Origin: Octopus sinensis | Lineage: Eukaryota | NCBI RefSeq assembly: GCF_006345805.1 | Contig: NC_042998.1 | Span: 164,238,001 to 164,302,000, forward strand | DNA: 64,000 nt | Direction: 5' to 3' | Shown: one piece after another, positions 27,286 to 40,789 of the stretch | Position numbering within the stretch: position 1 is the stretch's first letter | Layout: each line of letters opens with the position of its first letter | The notes under the pieces: generated by a model | What the model was told of the DNA's origin: nothing | The model's input: only the letters and a program-made list of their open reading frames with translations | Database searches by the model: none | Position numbers and translations under genes: made by a program

Positions 27286-27332
<47 letters not shown>

Positions 27333-28357
27333 TAGTTGGAGTTGTGTATGATGAAGCTAGTGGCATTTCATACTTCGCCTCTATGCTTGTTGAGTGGCAT
27401 GTGTGTATGTTCGATGGTAGGGGCATATATACATATGTATGTCTGGCTTCATATCTGTAGCTGCTGGGGGATATAATATCCCTATCGTTGTGTTAGAAGT
27501 ACTCCAAAGCTAAGGAGTTCATGAACTCAACTAGTGGGAAGAAAGGCGGGAAGGTAGAAAGTCATAGACCTAGAGGGAGGGAGAGAGTACTTTGTTATTA
27601 TTAGTGATATATTTTCTTTCGTTTTTATAGGTTGCGCGCATGTGTGTGTGTGTAATCTTTCGAAGTACGTACGTAAAATGTCTGACAGAAATTCAACTAG
27701 TTTCGTATTTGTTTATAAGGATTTACGACATTGGATTAATTAGAACTCGCATCCAGTCAATTTTTGTTTAATTACTTATTCACATTTTGAAGTCTCCTAT
27801 TGTTGATGTTCTGTGGCTAATAAGTTGTTTATCGTTTTCATATTTAGTGTTTCTTAAAATTAATATTTAGATAGACAAATGCTAAAAAAAAAAAAAAAAA
27901 AACCTTATACAGATGCATCTATGGCTTCCAGGGAGCGAGGCTAAAAAACTAGCACCTGAGCCCAGGTCAGTCCCCAGACCTTGGTACATAGAGGTATTAA
28001 TGTGTAGTAATGCGAAAGTGGAGTTTCGAAATAAGTGTGTCACTGTAAATTTGAGAGTGTCCCTTTGAATAGTAAGGGGGCAGTACCGTCCTGTGCACCC
28101 CTTTACTGATTGGCATGTCTGAGCCTTATAGAAGGGTTTCTTTAGTAACTTTGATTCTTTATATTATTTACATATGATTGTAATACCGATTAAATTGGGA
28201 CGATTCATATAGAAGCAACGGCACGACTAAAGAGAATGCGATGAAGTAGTGAGGTAGTAGTAGCATTACGTGGTCACTCAATCTGCTAGAAGTAGCAGCA
28301 AAATGTCACTCGAATTCTGTTGACTAAGAAAGAAAATGGAAGTAGAGATTTTTTTAT

Positions 28358-28557
28358 TCTTTTACTTGTTTCAGTCTACAGACTGCAGCCATACTTGAAG
28401 AATTTTAGCCGAACGAATCGACCCCAATGCTCATCTTTTAAAGCCTGGTACTTATTCTATCGGTCTCTGTTGCTAAACCGGGGAGATAAACAGAGCAACA
28501 CCGGTTGTCAAGTGGTGGTGGGGGACAAAGACACACATACACAAACACACACACACA

Positions 28558-28612
<55 letters not shown>

Positions 28613-28775
28613 CATACCTATCACAGGCTTCTTTCAATTTTCCTCTACTAAAATCCTCTCACAAAGCTTTAGTTGCCCTGAAGCTATAGTAGAAAACACC
28701 TGCCCAAGGTGCTACGCATTGGGAATGAACCTGAAACTATGTGGTTGGAAAGCAAATTTTTTACCACACAGCCAC
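28358..28775 (-). mobile_element. SINE family A
   Basis: Reverse-complement family A copy with internal (CA)n(TA)n. Confidence 0.8.
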
Positions 28776-29529
28776 GGTATAATGTAGCCGTGAATACAAT
28801 ACGGTGGAATAATTGATGAGGCGGGGAGGATCACGACAAGCGTCTTTTGATCATGGCTTCTTTTACTGTATTTGTACTGACTTTGGGCTAAATAACAAAC
28901 TCTTTAGAGTTGTTGTAAATGAACACCTTTCAAAATTATAAAGTATGTATAGTTTCTGATCTTTTCTGTTTGGATGCAACTTTTCAATTTCTTCACTTTT
29001 GTTCGAATTGATTTCATATTTGGTATCGTGTAGTAGTTTTGTATGATAACCATTGACATGAAATTTATTTTCGCCATAAATCAATAGAGTTAATACCTTT
29101 TAAAGTTTGCAAATTTTGGGTAATTTTAGCTAATCGAAAGCCACAGACCTATCGGTGCCTATTTCCATAGTAACAAGCCAGCTGTTACACGTGGCCATTT
29201 TTCGCTTATTAAATGCTTAAAGCAGGAGCCATGACAATTCCAAATCTTGTTTTCTGGTTGGGTAAAAATAATCAAATTTTAAACCCCTGTAACTTAAAAA
29301 AAAAAAATTTGGAAAAGTGTATTATCCCTTGAAATTCAACTTGGAAAATTGCATCAACACACCAAATTTTAAAATTTTCACTAAACTTTAAAATTTCCAG
29401 TGGTGCAACCAAACAGAAAATTTCCATAGTTTCTTTTACCTGGTTCCTCTCCTCATTCTTAAGTCTGTATTTACGCATCCGTTTTAATTTTCAGACGGTT
29501 TATAATTATTCTTTGATAATGATGCTAAT

Positions 29530-29720
29530 ATGATGCTGGCAGAAACGTTATTAACGGTATTTCGTCTGCCGTTACGTTCTGAGTTCAAATTCCGCCTAGG
29601 TCGACTTTGCCTTTCATCCTTTTGGAGTCGATAAATTAAGTACCAGTTGCGTACTGGGGTCGATCTAATCGACTGGCACCCTCCCCCAAAAATCTCGGGC
29701 CTTGTGACTAGAGTAGAAAA
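29530..29720 (+). mobile_element. SINE family B
   Basis: A-box-like tggcagaaacgtta, B-box-like gagttcaaattccg, core ggtcgactttgcctttcatcc, tail ccttgtg. Confidence 0.85.
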
Positions 29721-29754
29721 GAAAATTGATAATGAAAGTAAAAAATAATACTTC

Positions 29755-29935
29755 AGGTGCAAGGCCTGAAATTTTTTTTTTGTTTGTTTGTTTTTCTTTT
29801 GGTGGGATGAGGTGGTGGGGTAGGTTGATGTAATCGACCTCAGTTCGCATCTGGTACTTATTCCGAAAGGATGAAAGGCAAAAGCATTTTACCCGGTGTT
29901 GTAACGATTCTGCCAGCTCGCTGCTTTTGTTATTG
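29755..29935 (-). mobile_element. SINE family B, tail-to-tail with the preceding copy
   Basis: caaggcctgaaatt tail, gaaaggatgaaaggcaaa core, gattctgccagctcgc head. Confidence 0.75.
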
Positions 29936-30761
29936 TTGCTAGCAGCAGCAGCAAAACACTTCAAAGATTAAAATACTGAATTTGATAAATGAAACTTGAG
30001 AGGGTGTGTCTGATTCAGCAACAATTATCAAAGCTTTAAATTGATTAATTGCAATAAATCGATAAATTATTAGAATCGGTTTTGCGTTTGTGTGAAAATG
30101 ATAGTAATACTAGTTGTTTTTGTTTTGTTTTTTCTTTTGTTTGTTTCCCCCCACCCCACCCCCAGGTCAGCCCTGAATGAGCTGACCTATGATCCAAGGT
30201 ATTTAGATATTCCCTAATTGCTCTAGACACAGTAAGTCGAATGGATGTCAGACAATTTCTAATCGTTAAATTAGAGTGTAAGTTGCTGAATACTCCGCAG
30301 GTTTGAGTAACTTTGACGCACGCCTTAGGTTAAATTAGGGTGACACCGTGTGAAATGAGGTTGGACTTCGACAGATTGTCCCCGGGAAACATAGTTTCCT
30401 TCTATCCAATTTCACTCATACGACTTGGTTTGATCAGAAGCTATTAGTAAAAGGGTATCTTTGTGATTTTCGTCATTGTTTTCAAATTTGGTATATGGAC
30501 TAAGTTTTGTATACTAATTATGAAAATGAAATTCATTTTCCCTATAAATTCGTAATTAAAAAGTTATTAGACTTTAAAATTTGCAAAATTTGGGTATTTT
30601 TAGCCAATCAGAAGCGAGTATTTTACACATCACCGTGGCGAAAAGCTTTGTTTCTATAGTAACCAAAGATGCTGCGCATACACACAAGCAAAAGTTGAAC
30701 TCGAAGCTTGAAGACAGGCGAAATGCTAATGATTCTGCCAGTTTGCCACTTTAATGATAAC

Positions 30762-31100
30762 AACAAGAGCACTCAGTGAGCGCAAACCACCGCCAATGTC
30801 CTCTCAACGGTTAGCCAGAGATGATTTTTAAAATGAGAATATCTGAAATAAACTCGATTGCTCTCACTAAAAAGGAACCCGACCGCTCTCAAAAATTAAG
30901 TAAAAAAAACGGAAAATAATCCAGAATCCTTGTCCAGTACCGGATCGATTCCAAAATGTAATCAGTTCGTACCAGTCACGAGGCCAAACATCCCTGAAAG
31001 TTTCATCCGAATCCATCCAGTGGTTCTTGAGATATCTTGTCCACGGACAAACAAACACGACTGAAAACAATATCTCCACCTTCGCTAAGGCAGAGATAAT
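30762..31100 (-). mobile_element. Helentron-associated (DINE-1/HINE-like) non-autonomous element
   Basis: Read on the minus strand: 5' palindromic subTIR (tatctccaccttcgctaaggcagagata), GTTT/GTCC tract, matching subTIR (accaccgcc) and a terminal stem-loop (gcactcagtgagcgc) at the 3' end. Confidence 0.6.
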
Positions 31101-32899
31101 AATGATTAGAACGGCTCGCAGCGAAGTTAGAAATAGAATGAGAAACATCCTTCTCCCTCTCTTAAGAAATAAGTAGGAGACTGTAGAAATGTTATATCAG
31201 TTATATTGAAACGTTCGACAACATCTTGCTTTTATTTAATAGAAACATATTTGATTAACATCCCTTGTTGTAAAGAACACCATGACAAGTTGCTGCTAAC
31301 CGTTACCATCTATTATCCACTTGTCCAGCATCCTTTTAATTTAACCATTCACACATCCATCTTGAACTATTGCAGAACTTAGAAATTCAACAGGTTTTCT
31401 CTTTCAATTTGATGACAGACCAATTTAGTTCAGAATAAATGGGTGCTGTCAATTTGCTGTTAAGTCGTCTTTATACAATAAGAAAAGGAGTGGCGATGGT
31501 GGCGGCGTCAGCGCCAAGAGAAAATAAATACCATTATATATGGCAAGGTAACAAATTAGGTGATATGGACGAAATAACAAGTGACAAACACCACACATAC
31601 AAACAGACAACCAGACGAACACGCAACAGAACGAAATACATCAAAGGACAAGAGCACACACAGACACAAGGCACATGAACTACAGAGAAAGCTTCTATGC
31701 GGTCATTCGGCTTGCTAAAAATAGAAAGCAAAATCTTCCTCGAAATTAATAGTCAACCGTCTAATACATAAATGTGGCGTGGAACCAACGACGACGGAGA
31801 TGGTGTTTGTCAGTGTAGAACGAACAGCTGACGTCGAATATCAACACCTTCCCTGAAAGAATTTTTAGCGAAATTTTTTCGGTCCACTCCTATTTGTCAA
31901 TGAGTGTTCTTAATGAGTGTACATCTGTATAATTCTTGTTTCTTCCTTATGGCGTTGGACAAGTTTAGAAAGTTCAAAACCGTCTTCGATTTATTAAACA
32001 TAAAACAAGTTGTCTGCTACTTTTTCAAGTACCAGAGCATCCTACTCTCTTCCTACTGCTCAACACGGTCGCATGGCCTTCAAGAAATAGAAACCAAATT
32101 TCTACCCAGCTTATAACCCTAACGTCGTATAAAATAATTAACAAAGCAAGGGTACATTAGCTAATGTAGTCTAAGATGCAGTATGTTGGATTTAAAAAAA
32201 AACAAATGGTCACAGTTGTATTACATTTGATCATAGGTCTGTTCGATCAGAGGAAAATTTTTATGATAAATAGCCACACACGTGTACCTGTATAAAATTA
32301 ATTAACTGTAGTTATCTGCGTAGCCATTTGAATGGTGTGGTTTCAACGCTTCATTCTAAATTTCAATTTGTTGAGTTTTTTTTTAAACACCAAGTAAGCT
32401 ATGATTGTGTAAACCTGTGATCAAAGACATTTCAGTTATGACCACCCTGTAATTTTAGGCTTCGAATATGACTGAATCGTTATGTGGCATTTGTTCTTTC
32501 TCTATCTATTCCTTCATCGAGTTCCAATCTCGCCAAGATAAATTTTACCTTTCATCTTTTAGGGGTCAGTGCTAATCTAGGACGGTTGGATGAGAGATGT
32601 ATTCTGATGGAAAACCGAGATTGAAATAGATCCTCGGTGCAAGTTCCTTCAGTGGTCTTCGTGACCGAACGGCATACATCACAGTTTAGAAAAATAAGAT
32701 CACTTGACGGTTTCTGGTTCAGTCCTCACTAAAGTTGGCATTTCGAAAATAGCAGCAGGGCACATAGAAGTCATGACTTTGAGTGCTCATTTTTGGAATA
32801 TAAGTAATTAACGGACCGAAACATTTGCTTGACGGGAGTTCTTCCTCCGATGAATTCTACTATCCCACTCCGCATCATAACGAGTTTCTACTTACTCTT

Positions 32900-33080
32900 G
32901 TTATTTTCGTTTTGAATTATTGTCACGTGTCCTTTGTTGGTCCCTCAAGCCATTCGAAATGTTTGTAAGGGAATAATATTGTGTAAGAATATGATTCTTC
33001 AATCTCGTGTATCTTAGCATTCCCATTTCAAATCTCACCGACATCAACTTCATTCTTTTATTTTCTGAAAGTGAGGTGTT
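32900..33080 (-). mobile_element. Decayed RTE-type reverse transcriptase C-terminal fragment
   Basis: KRMKLMSVRFEMGMLRYTRLKNHILTQYYSLTNISNGLRDQQ resembles the RTE motif (RL...EM.MLR....TR.D.I.N..I......I...LR..RL). Confidence 0.35.
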
Positions 33081-34567
33081 GGGGTTGATATAAAATAAAG
33101 CGTCTGTTATCCAATAGGATACGTTTAATAGACTATGCCCTTCTTCCCTCCCCAAAATTTGTCACCTTATGCTAATATTTGAAATCATTATTCCCTACAT
33201 GTCTATCTCTGTGTGTGTGTAAGCCTAATCATTGAGCTAAACTCAATGACATCAGAAACAGATTTCAACTTTCTGCTCCATTTTTTTCCTTCTCATTGAT
33301 GGCTGGATTTATTACATTCGCACGCGCACTCACTCACACACGCACGCATAGACACACACTTCTCAACTAATGGCAAACCATTTACTAGGTCACTAAGGGC
33401 ACTGATGAAAACTTAATTTCTAATCTTGTTTCCTTCTCTTCCCCACTTTTTTTTTTCACTGAAATCAATTCCTCTGTATGCATGTAGTTTCATGTACAAG
33501 TATATGCTTGTATACATACATTCATATATATATATATATCTGTATATGTATATTATGCATATACGTGTGTGTGTGTGTGTACATTTTACATGCTTCATTT
33601 CATTTGTGCATAGTTTTTTTTTTTTTTATTTCTTTCTTTCTTGTTGTTCGACGAGTTCTACTTCCCTAAATTTACTCCTGCTTTTTAGTGTAACATTCAG
33701 TAACTTCGTTCACACACACATGGTGTGTTGTGTATCCATTTTTTATCCATTCTTATTATAATTATACATGGAAACCTAGCCACTTTTTACACCTTCCTCA
33801 TTGTGTGTGTGTGTGTCTTATTTGTTATCTTTCTCTCTTTCGCTTCTGTGGACCATTTATTTGGTCAAACACTCATTATTTACCAACATCCTCTCTCTTT
33901 CTCTCTGCCTCTCTCTCTCTCTCTCTGCCTCTCTCTCTCTCTCTCTCTGCCTCTCTTTTTCTCGTTTTGTATGCTGTAAGATTGTTTTCATGAGTTGTGT
34001 GTGTGTGTGTGGCTTTTCAGGGTTTCCTTTGAACTTTGTCTTTCAAAAACATGTTTTTACCATTAAACTGGAAAAAAAAACGAAAAAAGAAACTTGAATA
34101 CAACTGGTACTCCTTTACTCAGAACGAACCAATATTTATTTATATAACTATCAAATGAAGAAAAATCAGGATTTTATTTTATTTATTATTATTATTCATT
34201 TTTGGATTAACTTACTTCTTCCATGTGTTGGTAGATTTCTTTGCCTACCACTCACTCTCTTTTAATCTTTCTTTGGTCTGTTTCATAGATCGGAAATAGT
34301 AGCAGTGACGGAAAGAATTTTTAAGACTGTTTTAACTCGGTCTTTCCTATTTCAGCTTATTTTATTTTAAACCACCATTTTGTTATCGTTGTTTAGCCCC
34401 CTATGGCAGGTTTAAACGAGCAAGTTTAAACCATGGCCATCACGTCTTATTGACCACAACTGTCTTATATATTCGGCTCCCCTTTTATTACATTTTAAAG
34501 ACGGCAGGAATGCGTTTGGGGAAAGATTTTAACTGTTATTTTTAGAAGATAAAATAAAACTATTGAT

Positions 34568-34868
34568 CAGCGGTTCTCAATCAGGGTCCATGTAGCCCCT
34601 GGTGGTTCACACAAGCAAAATATTAAATTGGGGACCCACAGTAGTATATCAAGAATTCATGAAAAAAAATTTTGCTTTAGCTGTATTTATTGAACATTTT
34701 ACATAATTCGACCTACATTAGTGAATGTATGAAAATCAGAAAAGGAATTTTTAAAGAAGTATCTATAAAACTAGTTTTTTTTTAACATCGAATAGCTATG
34801 AGGTGGGATCCGCTTAAGTAAAACAATAATCAAATAGCTCTACATGTAAAAATAGTTGAGAACCACTG
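34568..34868. mobile_element. hAT (Charlie/MER-like) MITE
   Basis: TIRs CAGCGGTTCTCAA / TTGAGAACCACTG. Confidence 0.75.
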
Positions 34869-35632
34869 CTTTTAGATGCTTCCTTGTGGATTCTTTGCGC
34901 TCATAAATGATTTTTCCCACTCCGTGACATATTTATATCTTATTGGTGGTTGTAATGGTTTGACCGTAAGTCATCAAGGGTGGTATTACGTGCTATTCAG
35001 TGGTCACACTCTGTAACACGATTTTTGTCTTTGGGTAGCAACTGAAATTTCCTATTTGGTTACCCCTAGAATGTATGAAAAATGGTTAATATTTCCTTCA
35101 AACTTTGCTTTTGTTACATTTATTCAAACCCTAAAGAAACCCTCACAACACATGGCTATGATGCTCTCCCACTACTCCTGTTCAAGTGGATATGGTCAAG
35201 CAACTGACAAGCAAATCTGTGATATTGAGCAGATTATTTGCTATAACGATATTTTTACTTCAGCAACTCAGCGCTGAATTTGTCTGAAATATTACGGAAA
35301 ATAGGTCAGTTTCAAAACCTTGATGTCCAGATCTGAAATTCTAGATAGAAGCAAATAGAAAATAATACTTACTGACCAAAGACAAAAAAATTATGATAAT
35401 AATAATAATAATAATTTTACATACTACTATGTGAAGATCATTGAATTTTTGCAGCAGAGCAAGTTTCTCTTATTGTAACTTCATTATGAGGCTCGGTCTC
35501 CATCAAAAGCTGTGGTCTGATTGTCTAAGTAGGTCTCAGCTTCTATTTTTTTTTTTTTTTGCCCCCTTTTGTAAAGAAATTATATTTTAAGTGTTGGCTC
35601 TGTTAGCTTTTTTATTATTATTGTTATTATTA

Positions 35633-35664
<32 letters not shown>

Positions 35665-36306
35665 TCTTCTTCTAGTGATTGTCAGACAGACATCGGTAGC
35701 TAGTTAGGGTAAATCTTTTGATTCCAACAAACTAAAAAGTGTTTCTGTTTGATGGCAAGGAAATGAAGAAGTAAGACCTTGACCTTAGGCAAAGTATTTA
35801 GTATATAGATTTAACAGAATTACTCTTTTATATGTCCCTGTCACTTAGGAATACAAAAAAAAAATTGAGCTTGTATGTGTGTTACTCTATGACTAGAGGG
35901 GAGGGTTGTTTTTGATTCCTTTTTAGTTTTCTCTGTTCTTTTTAGCGTTTTCTATTATTTCTTCTCTTATCAAAAGAATGTCTCCTTCTGTTCAAGAGGA
36001 CTTCACTTGTATCATGCCTATTACTATACTCAACACTTACCGCACTCCTATGGGACTGACATGCCTACAAGACATTACCAATTATTTCATTGGCAACAGG
36101 GCAAGCCCCCACACGCACATACACATATACACACACAGCTGCTACCTTTTAGATATATAAAAAAAAACAACAACACAACCCTTCTGTATATTTCTCTTTT
36201 AACTCAAGCACTATGCACAAAGCCTGCTGTCTTCTTTATTGTATAGAAGTCGGAATTAGGTTGGTTTCATCTCACACTGATCATTCCTACTGTTTTTGTT
36301 GTTATT

Positions 36307-36890
36307 GGTGGCGAGCTGGCAGAAACGTTAGCACGCCGCGCGAAATGCGTAGCTGTATTTCGTCTGCCGTTACGTTCTGAGTTCAAATTCCGCCGAGGTC
36401 GACTTTGCCTTTCATCTTTTCGGGGTCGATTAAATAAGTACCAGTTATGCACTGGGGTCGATATAATCGACTTAATCCGTTTGCCTGTCCTTGTTTGTTC
36501 CCTCTGTGTTTAGCCCCTTGTGAGCAGCAAAGAAATAGGTATTTCGTTTGCCGTTACGTTCTTAGTTCAAATTCCGCCGAGGTCGACTTTGCCTTTCATC
36601 CTTTCGGGGTCGATAAATTAAGTACCAGTTACGCACTGCAGCTTCGAGCCGACCAAAGCTTTATGAGTGGTTTTGGTAGTCGAAAACTGAAAGAAGCCCG
36701 TCGTGTATGTATATATACATATTTATGAGTGTTTGTGTTTGTCCCTCCGTTATCGCTTGTTGCTGTGTTTACGTCCCCGTAACTTAGCGGTTTGGCATAA
36801 CAAACCGATAGAATAAGTACCAGGCTTACAAAAAATGTTCTGGGGTCGATTTGTTCGACTAAAGGCAATGCTCCAGCATGACTGCAATAT
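36307..36890 (+). mobile_element. Composite of SINE B, partial SINE B and the 3' two-thirds of SINE A
   Basis: B at 36307-36480, repeated B core at 36535-36637, then family A body (gccgaccaaagc...ctccagcatgactgc). Confidence 0.8.
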
Positions 36891-36900
36891 GTAAAAGAAT

Positions 36901-36943
<43 letters not shown>

Positions 36944-37142
36944 TATATATATTATATAAGAGGACTTAGTAAAATAAATTACTTTGCCACATACTGAACT
37001 CATTAGAAATAGTAGCCAAAAAAAAACTTTTTTAAAACTATTTCTAATACTTAAAGAAAATCTCTCTCATATAGTGTTTGCTCAATTCAACTCACGAAAG
37101 TATGGGGGTAAAGACATTAAAAAATCAAATGCAAAGGTTATT

Positions 37143-37194
37143 TGAGAACGTACGTTTCAAGATTAGTCAACTCGACATTTCTATCATCAGCTCA
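37143..37194 (-). ncRNA. Minimal type I hammerhead ribozyme, complete core
   Basis: Minus strand UGAG CUGAUGA UAGAAAUGUC GAGUU GACUAAUCUU GAAA CGUACG UU / CUCA: 4-bp stem I, exact CUGANGA and GAAA, palindromic stem III ACGUACGU, GUU site (between 37147 and 37146). Confidence 0.7.
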
Positions 37195-37252
37195 GAACTC
37201 CTTGGTTTGGATTTGAAAACACTGAAAGTGGGAGCATACCCTTTCGGCTTAC

Positions 37253-37480
37253 ACAAGATAAGAAAATGGAGTTAGATGTATTTCTCCATTTTCTTATCTT
37301 ATATTAGTAATTTGTGGTAAATCATTTTACCTTTGCCCATATAATACAGTAAATGAATTGACTGCATCGCAATCCTTAACATTTATGTATTAACTTTGTT
37401 GGGTACATCACTAGCAGTATATTGGATATATGTTATCCCATGGAGGGTTGCATTTACAACCCCTATCTCAATTTGTATCT
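37253..37480 (+). mobile_element. (TA)n-terminated fold-back element, collapsed form (same family as 46336-46634)
   Basis: 37272-37476 matches 46430-46634 with about 5 differences in 205 bp; 17-bp inverted arms 37255-37271 / 37284-37300. Confidence 0.8.
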
Positions 37481-37641
37481 ATATATATATATATATATAT
37501 ATAATTTTTATGTCCAGTTATGAAAACAATTTTACATTAATCTGATTGAGTACTTCATAATTTTCTAGTGCACAACTTTATTATTCTCATACAAGAATGT
37601 TGTTGAGAAATAACTTCGAAGTTTCGGTCAGCTAGGCCTAA

Positions 37642-37673
<32 letters not shown>

Positions 37674-38831
37674 TATCCGTTTGAATAATGACCATTCATG
37701 GCGAGATTTTTTTAAAGGTAGCTCTTTCTCTTCTGTGTTGTTCAGAACTTTGTAGGTAACAGACACTTATTGTTTGGTTGTATTATAGTTTGTTAGAGTA
37801 AAGTTCACACAGCTGTACGTAGTGCGTACTTTAGTTGACTTCAAACATCTGTTGGATAGACTTGTTTTCCTCTGCTTACATCCCCGTATATTATGTTGCG
37901 CAGTAATAACACAAATGTGTTGTATAATTTTTGTGTACAGTGAAGTTTGGTGTTGAGGGTGTTTTGTGGTGTAAGAAGTTTCTGAGAAAGAGAACGTTGT
38001 ATATAATACGGCTTTTATTATTTCTGGTCAACAAATGTTTACTTGGTGTGTGTTTTGTAATGGATCGAATATAAAAAAGAATTGTGTGTGTGTGTGTAAT
38101 GTATTTATATATGTCAGCTTTGTATCAAATTTCACCTGGCAGTCGTACAATTTGTCCTTGTTATATAGAATAAGTATATATGCGTGCGCGCACACACATA
38201 CATATATATACACAAACACACACATCTCCTTGAAGTGGTGTTGGTGTTGTTCGTGGGAATGGTGGTAGCATTATGATATAATACAAGAGAATAAGGAAAG
38301 GTTTGCTTTACAATTAGCGTGCATTTGCATGTAATGTCTTCAACATTTGAAAGGACCTTTTATTGCAGAATGAAGAGAGCCGGATTGCTAAACACTAAAG
38401 CTGTTTTTACTATGCTCCTGTTGTTTTAGTCCCGGAAAGGCTCTGATTGAGTGTAAACCCATGATCAAATATGCTAAAACCGTGATCATCTCATGATTTT
38501 CAGGCATGGTGCGTTTAAGACAGTATGGTGAATTGAGAGATTTAGCTACAATTTCTAACAAATAAGACAACAACATAGAGGATCCTTTGTTGACTAGCAC
38601 AAAATATACACACATACACACGCACACACACACACACACATAATCGTTTAAGCTCCATTTTACCACGAGGAGAATGCTATTTTTTCATGGCCTTCTTAGG
38701 ACTGTTATTAACGGTGATATATAGAAACTGGTGTTTCGTTTCTTTGTCCGTTCCTGGTTAATTTGTTCGCCAACAATTCGTGATGTCAACAATTTCTGTA
38801 TCTTGTGTGGCTAAGCTTGATAAGTTGTCTG

Positions 38832-38880
38832 TCTAGTTCAAGAGCGGCTAACGGGGTGAATAGCTACCGAAACGTCTAGA
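38832..38880 (+). ncRNA. Decayed hammerhead-like motif
   Basis: tcta g TTCAAGA gcggcta...tagctac c GAAA CGT C taga: stem II, GAAA, ACGU stem III and GUC kept; core has two changes from CUGAAGA. Confidence 0.4.
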
Positions 38881-39579
38881 TGCCCTTCGAAGATGCTGGT
38901 TGTAGAATATTCTTATTGTGATTTATTTGATATGATCATCAAAGTTGTTAAAAACTAATAAAAAATTCAAAGCCTTGACTATCCGTTTAATCATTGTACC
39001 CTAGCATTAAGTAAACATCTTAGATGATTTAAAATTGTACTATTTGGGTTCATCTGTATATTATGCATATACACACACATAAAGCTGTGTCTATACACGC
39101 AATTGTGGAGAGGTCTTCGCTGTGGTAGCTGTCTCAACAGTGTTTTCCTTATAGACAATATGCGTGAAAAACGGGGCTGGTTCATGAATAACGCCTTTGG
39201 ACTGTAGGACTCGTATTTCTGCACCGTTACTTTTCATCTGTTACAGACACTGAATGCGTTGTTTATACTCCACTAAGAACCAGCGTTCTTGTTATGCAAA
39301 CAGCAAATAATGAATTTGCTGGTGGGTGCAAAGCATGTTCAGCAAGCATTAAAGACGCACCCTCACACACACTGAGCGCACGCGCGCGTGTGTTTGTGTG
39401 TGAAGTACTGCCTTTCGTGATGGTATAGTCGATTACATAGAATTCAGTACCTACTTTATCGAGTGTTATTTTATTGGAAGAGTAAAAGTCAAAATAAGCA
39501 TAACTGGAAGCTGATTGTAAAGGGGCATAACCAAATACCGCAAGTTATTTTGCCCGACATTTTACAAATTCCAAGCCAC

Positions 39580-39610
<31 letters not shown>

Positions 39611-40628
39611 GTACGCATGCATGTATGTATGTTTGTAATGTGGATTTTGTTTTCTGATCTGGTTAGTTACTTTATTTTTATGGTGGCAGTTTGTGAAAGG
39701 TACTGTACGTAATTATAATAACGATAATAATAAAAGCTACAACAATACTTGCACTGCTCTCTCTAGTTTTCAAGAACAGGCTTTTTTCAACATGGGATGT
39801 CACGCCTACCATAAAACTTTAGCAGTTGTATACATCGCACAATACACACACCACGCACACTGTAAGTCTGTGCATATTTATATACACATACGTGTATGTA
39901 TGTGAGAGAAAGCGAGGGAGAGAGTGAATGAATGAATGAGAGTAATAGATTCTTTCGTTAAACGCATTCAAATTGTTACTTTTCTTTTTTTTTTTTTTTT
40001 TTTTTTTGTCTTCTCCCAACAATACTTATCCAAATATGTTAAATCAGAATAGTACATACTGGAAATGAATCACGCACACATACTTACTTAGTTTTATACA
40101 CACTCACACACACTCTTGCATATATAACAGGCGCTTACATACCTGTATGCATAATGTACACATGTACCCACTCACACACACACACACACACACTCACACT
40201 CACTATCACGACGAGTGTTATTTGATTTGTGCGAGTGAAAAAAATTGAAATGAATAGAATGTAAAGGTAAACAGAAAAGGTGTGGTGGTGGCGGCGGCGG
40301 CGGCGGAGGCGGTCTTGTGGTAATGGTGGTGGTGAAGGTGATCGCAGTCGTCGTCGTGGTGTTGGTGGTTTTACTACTGCTACTACTACTACTGCTAGTA
40401 GTAGTTGATATGAACAGATACATACTGTATGGTGTGTGTGTGTAAATACATAACACATACAGCTCTAATCGAACAGGTTTAAAGATCAGCGGCGTTCCTG
40501 TCATGACCATCCAGTCTTTAATTCAGAATTCAGATACACTGTCCAGGAGGACTACGTTATCCAACGTATCATTTAACTTGAAAAAGAGAAATGGCTGCAG
40601 TTTATTTTACATCTCGTGACGACTGCCT

Positions 40629-40789
40629 TAGACCAGTTACGAACAAACTGCGGCCCGCGAGACTTTCTGCATATATCACTCATGAACGAAAAAATTACCT
40701 TGATTTTTATTCTTTATCTACGCGGCCCGCATATTGATGATCCATGTTTCATGCGGCACGCTTTTCGAAACAGGTTGACGAGTTGTCTA
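40629..40789. mobile_element. Decayed hAT-like MITE
   Basis: tagaccag...caaactgcggcccgc start, repeated gcggcccgc subterminal motifs, ttgtcta end. Confidence 0.45.

Noticed and set aside
28250-28260. TGAGGTAGTAG, identical to the first 11 nt of let-7
   Set aside because: The match stops after 11 nt and there is no precursor hairpin; it lies in a (TAG)n-like tract.
31178-31222. CTGTAGA...AATGT/ATATT-GAAACGTT
   Set aside because: The core is non-canonical and stem I does not pair; compatible with chance in AT-rich DNA.
40135-40510. ORFs with poly-Pro/Thr/Ser/Arg runs
   Set aside because: Mixed trinucleotide low-complexity tract (GGT/GGC/CGT/CTA)n.
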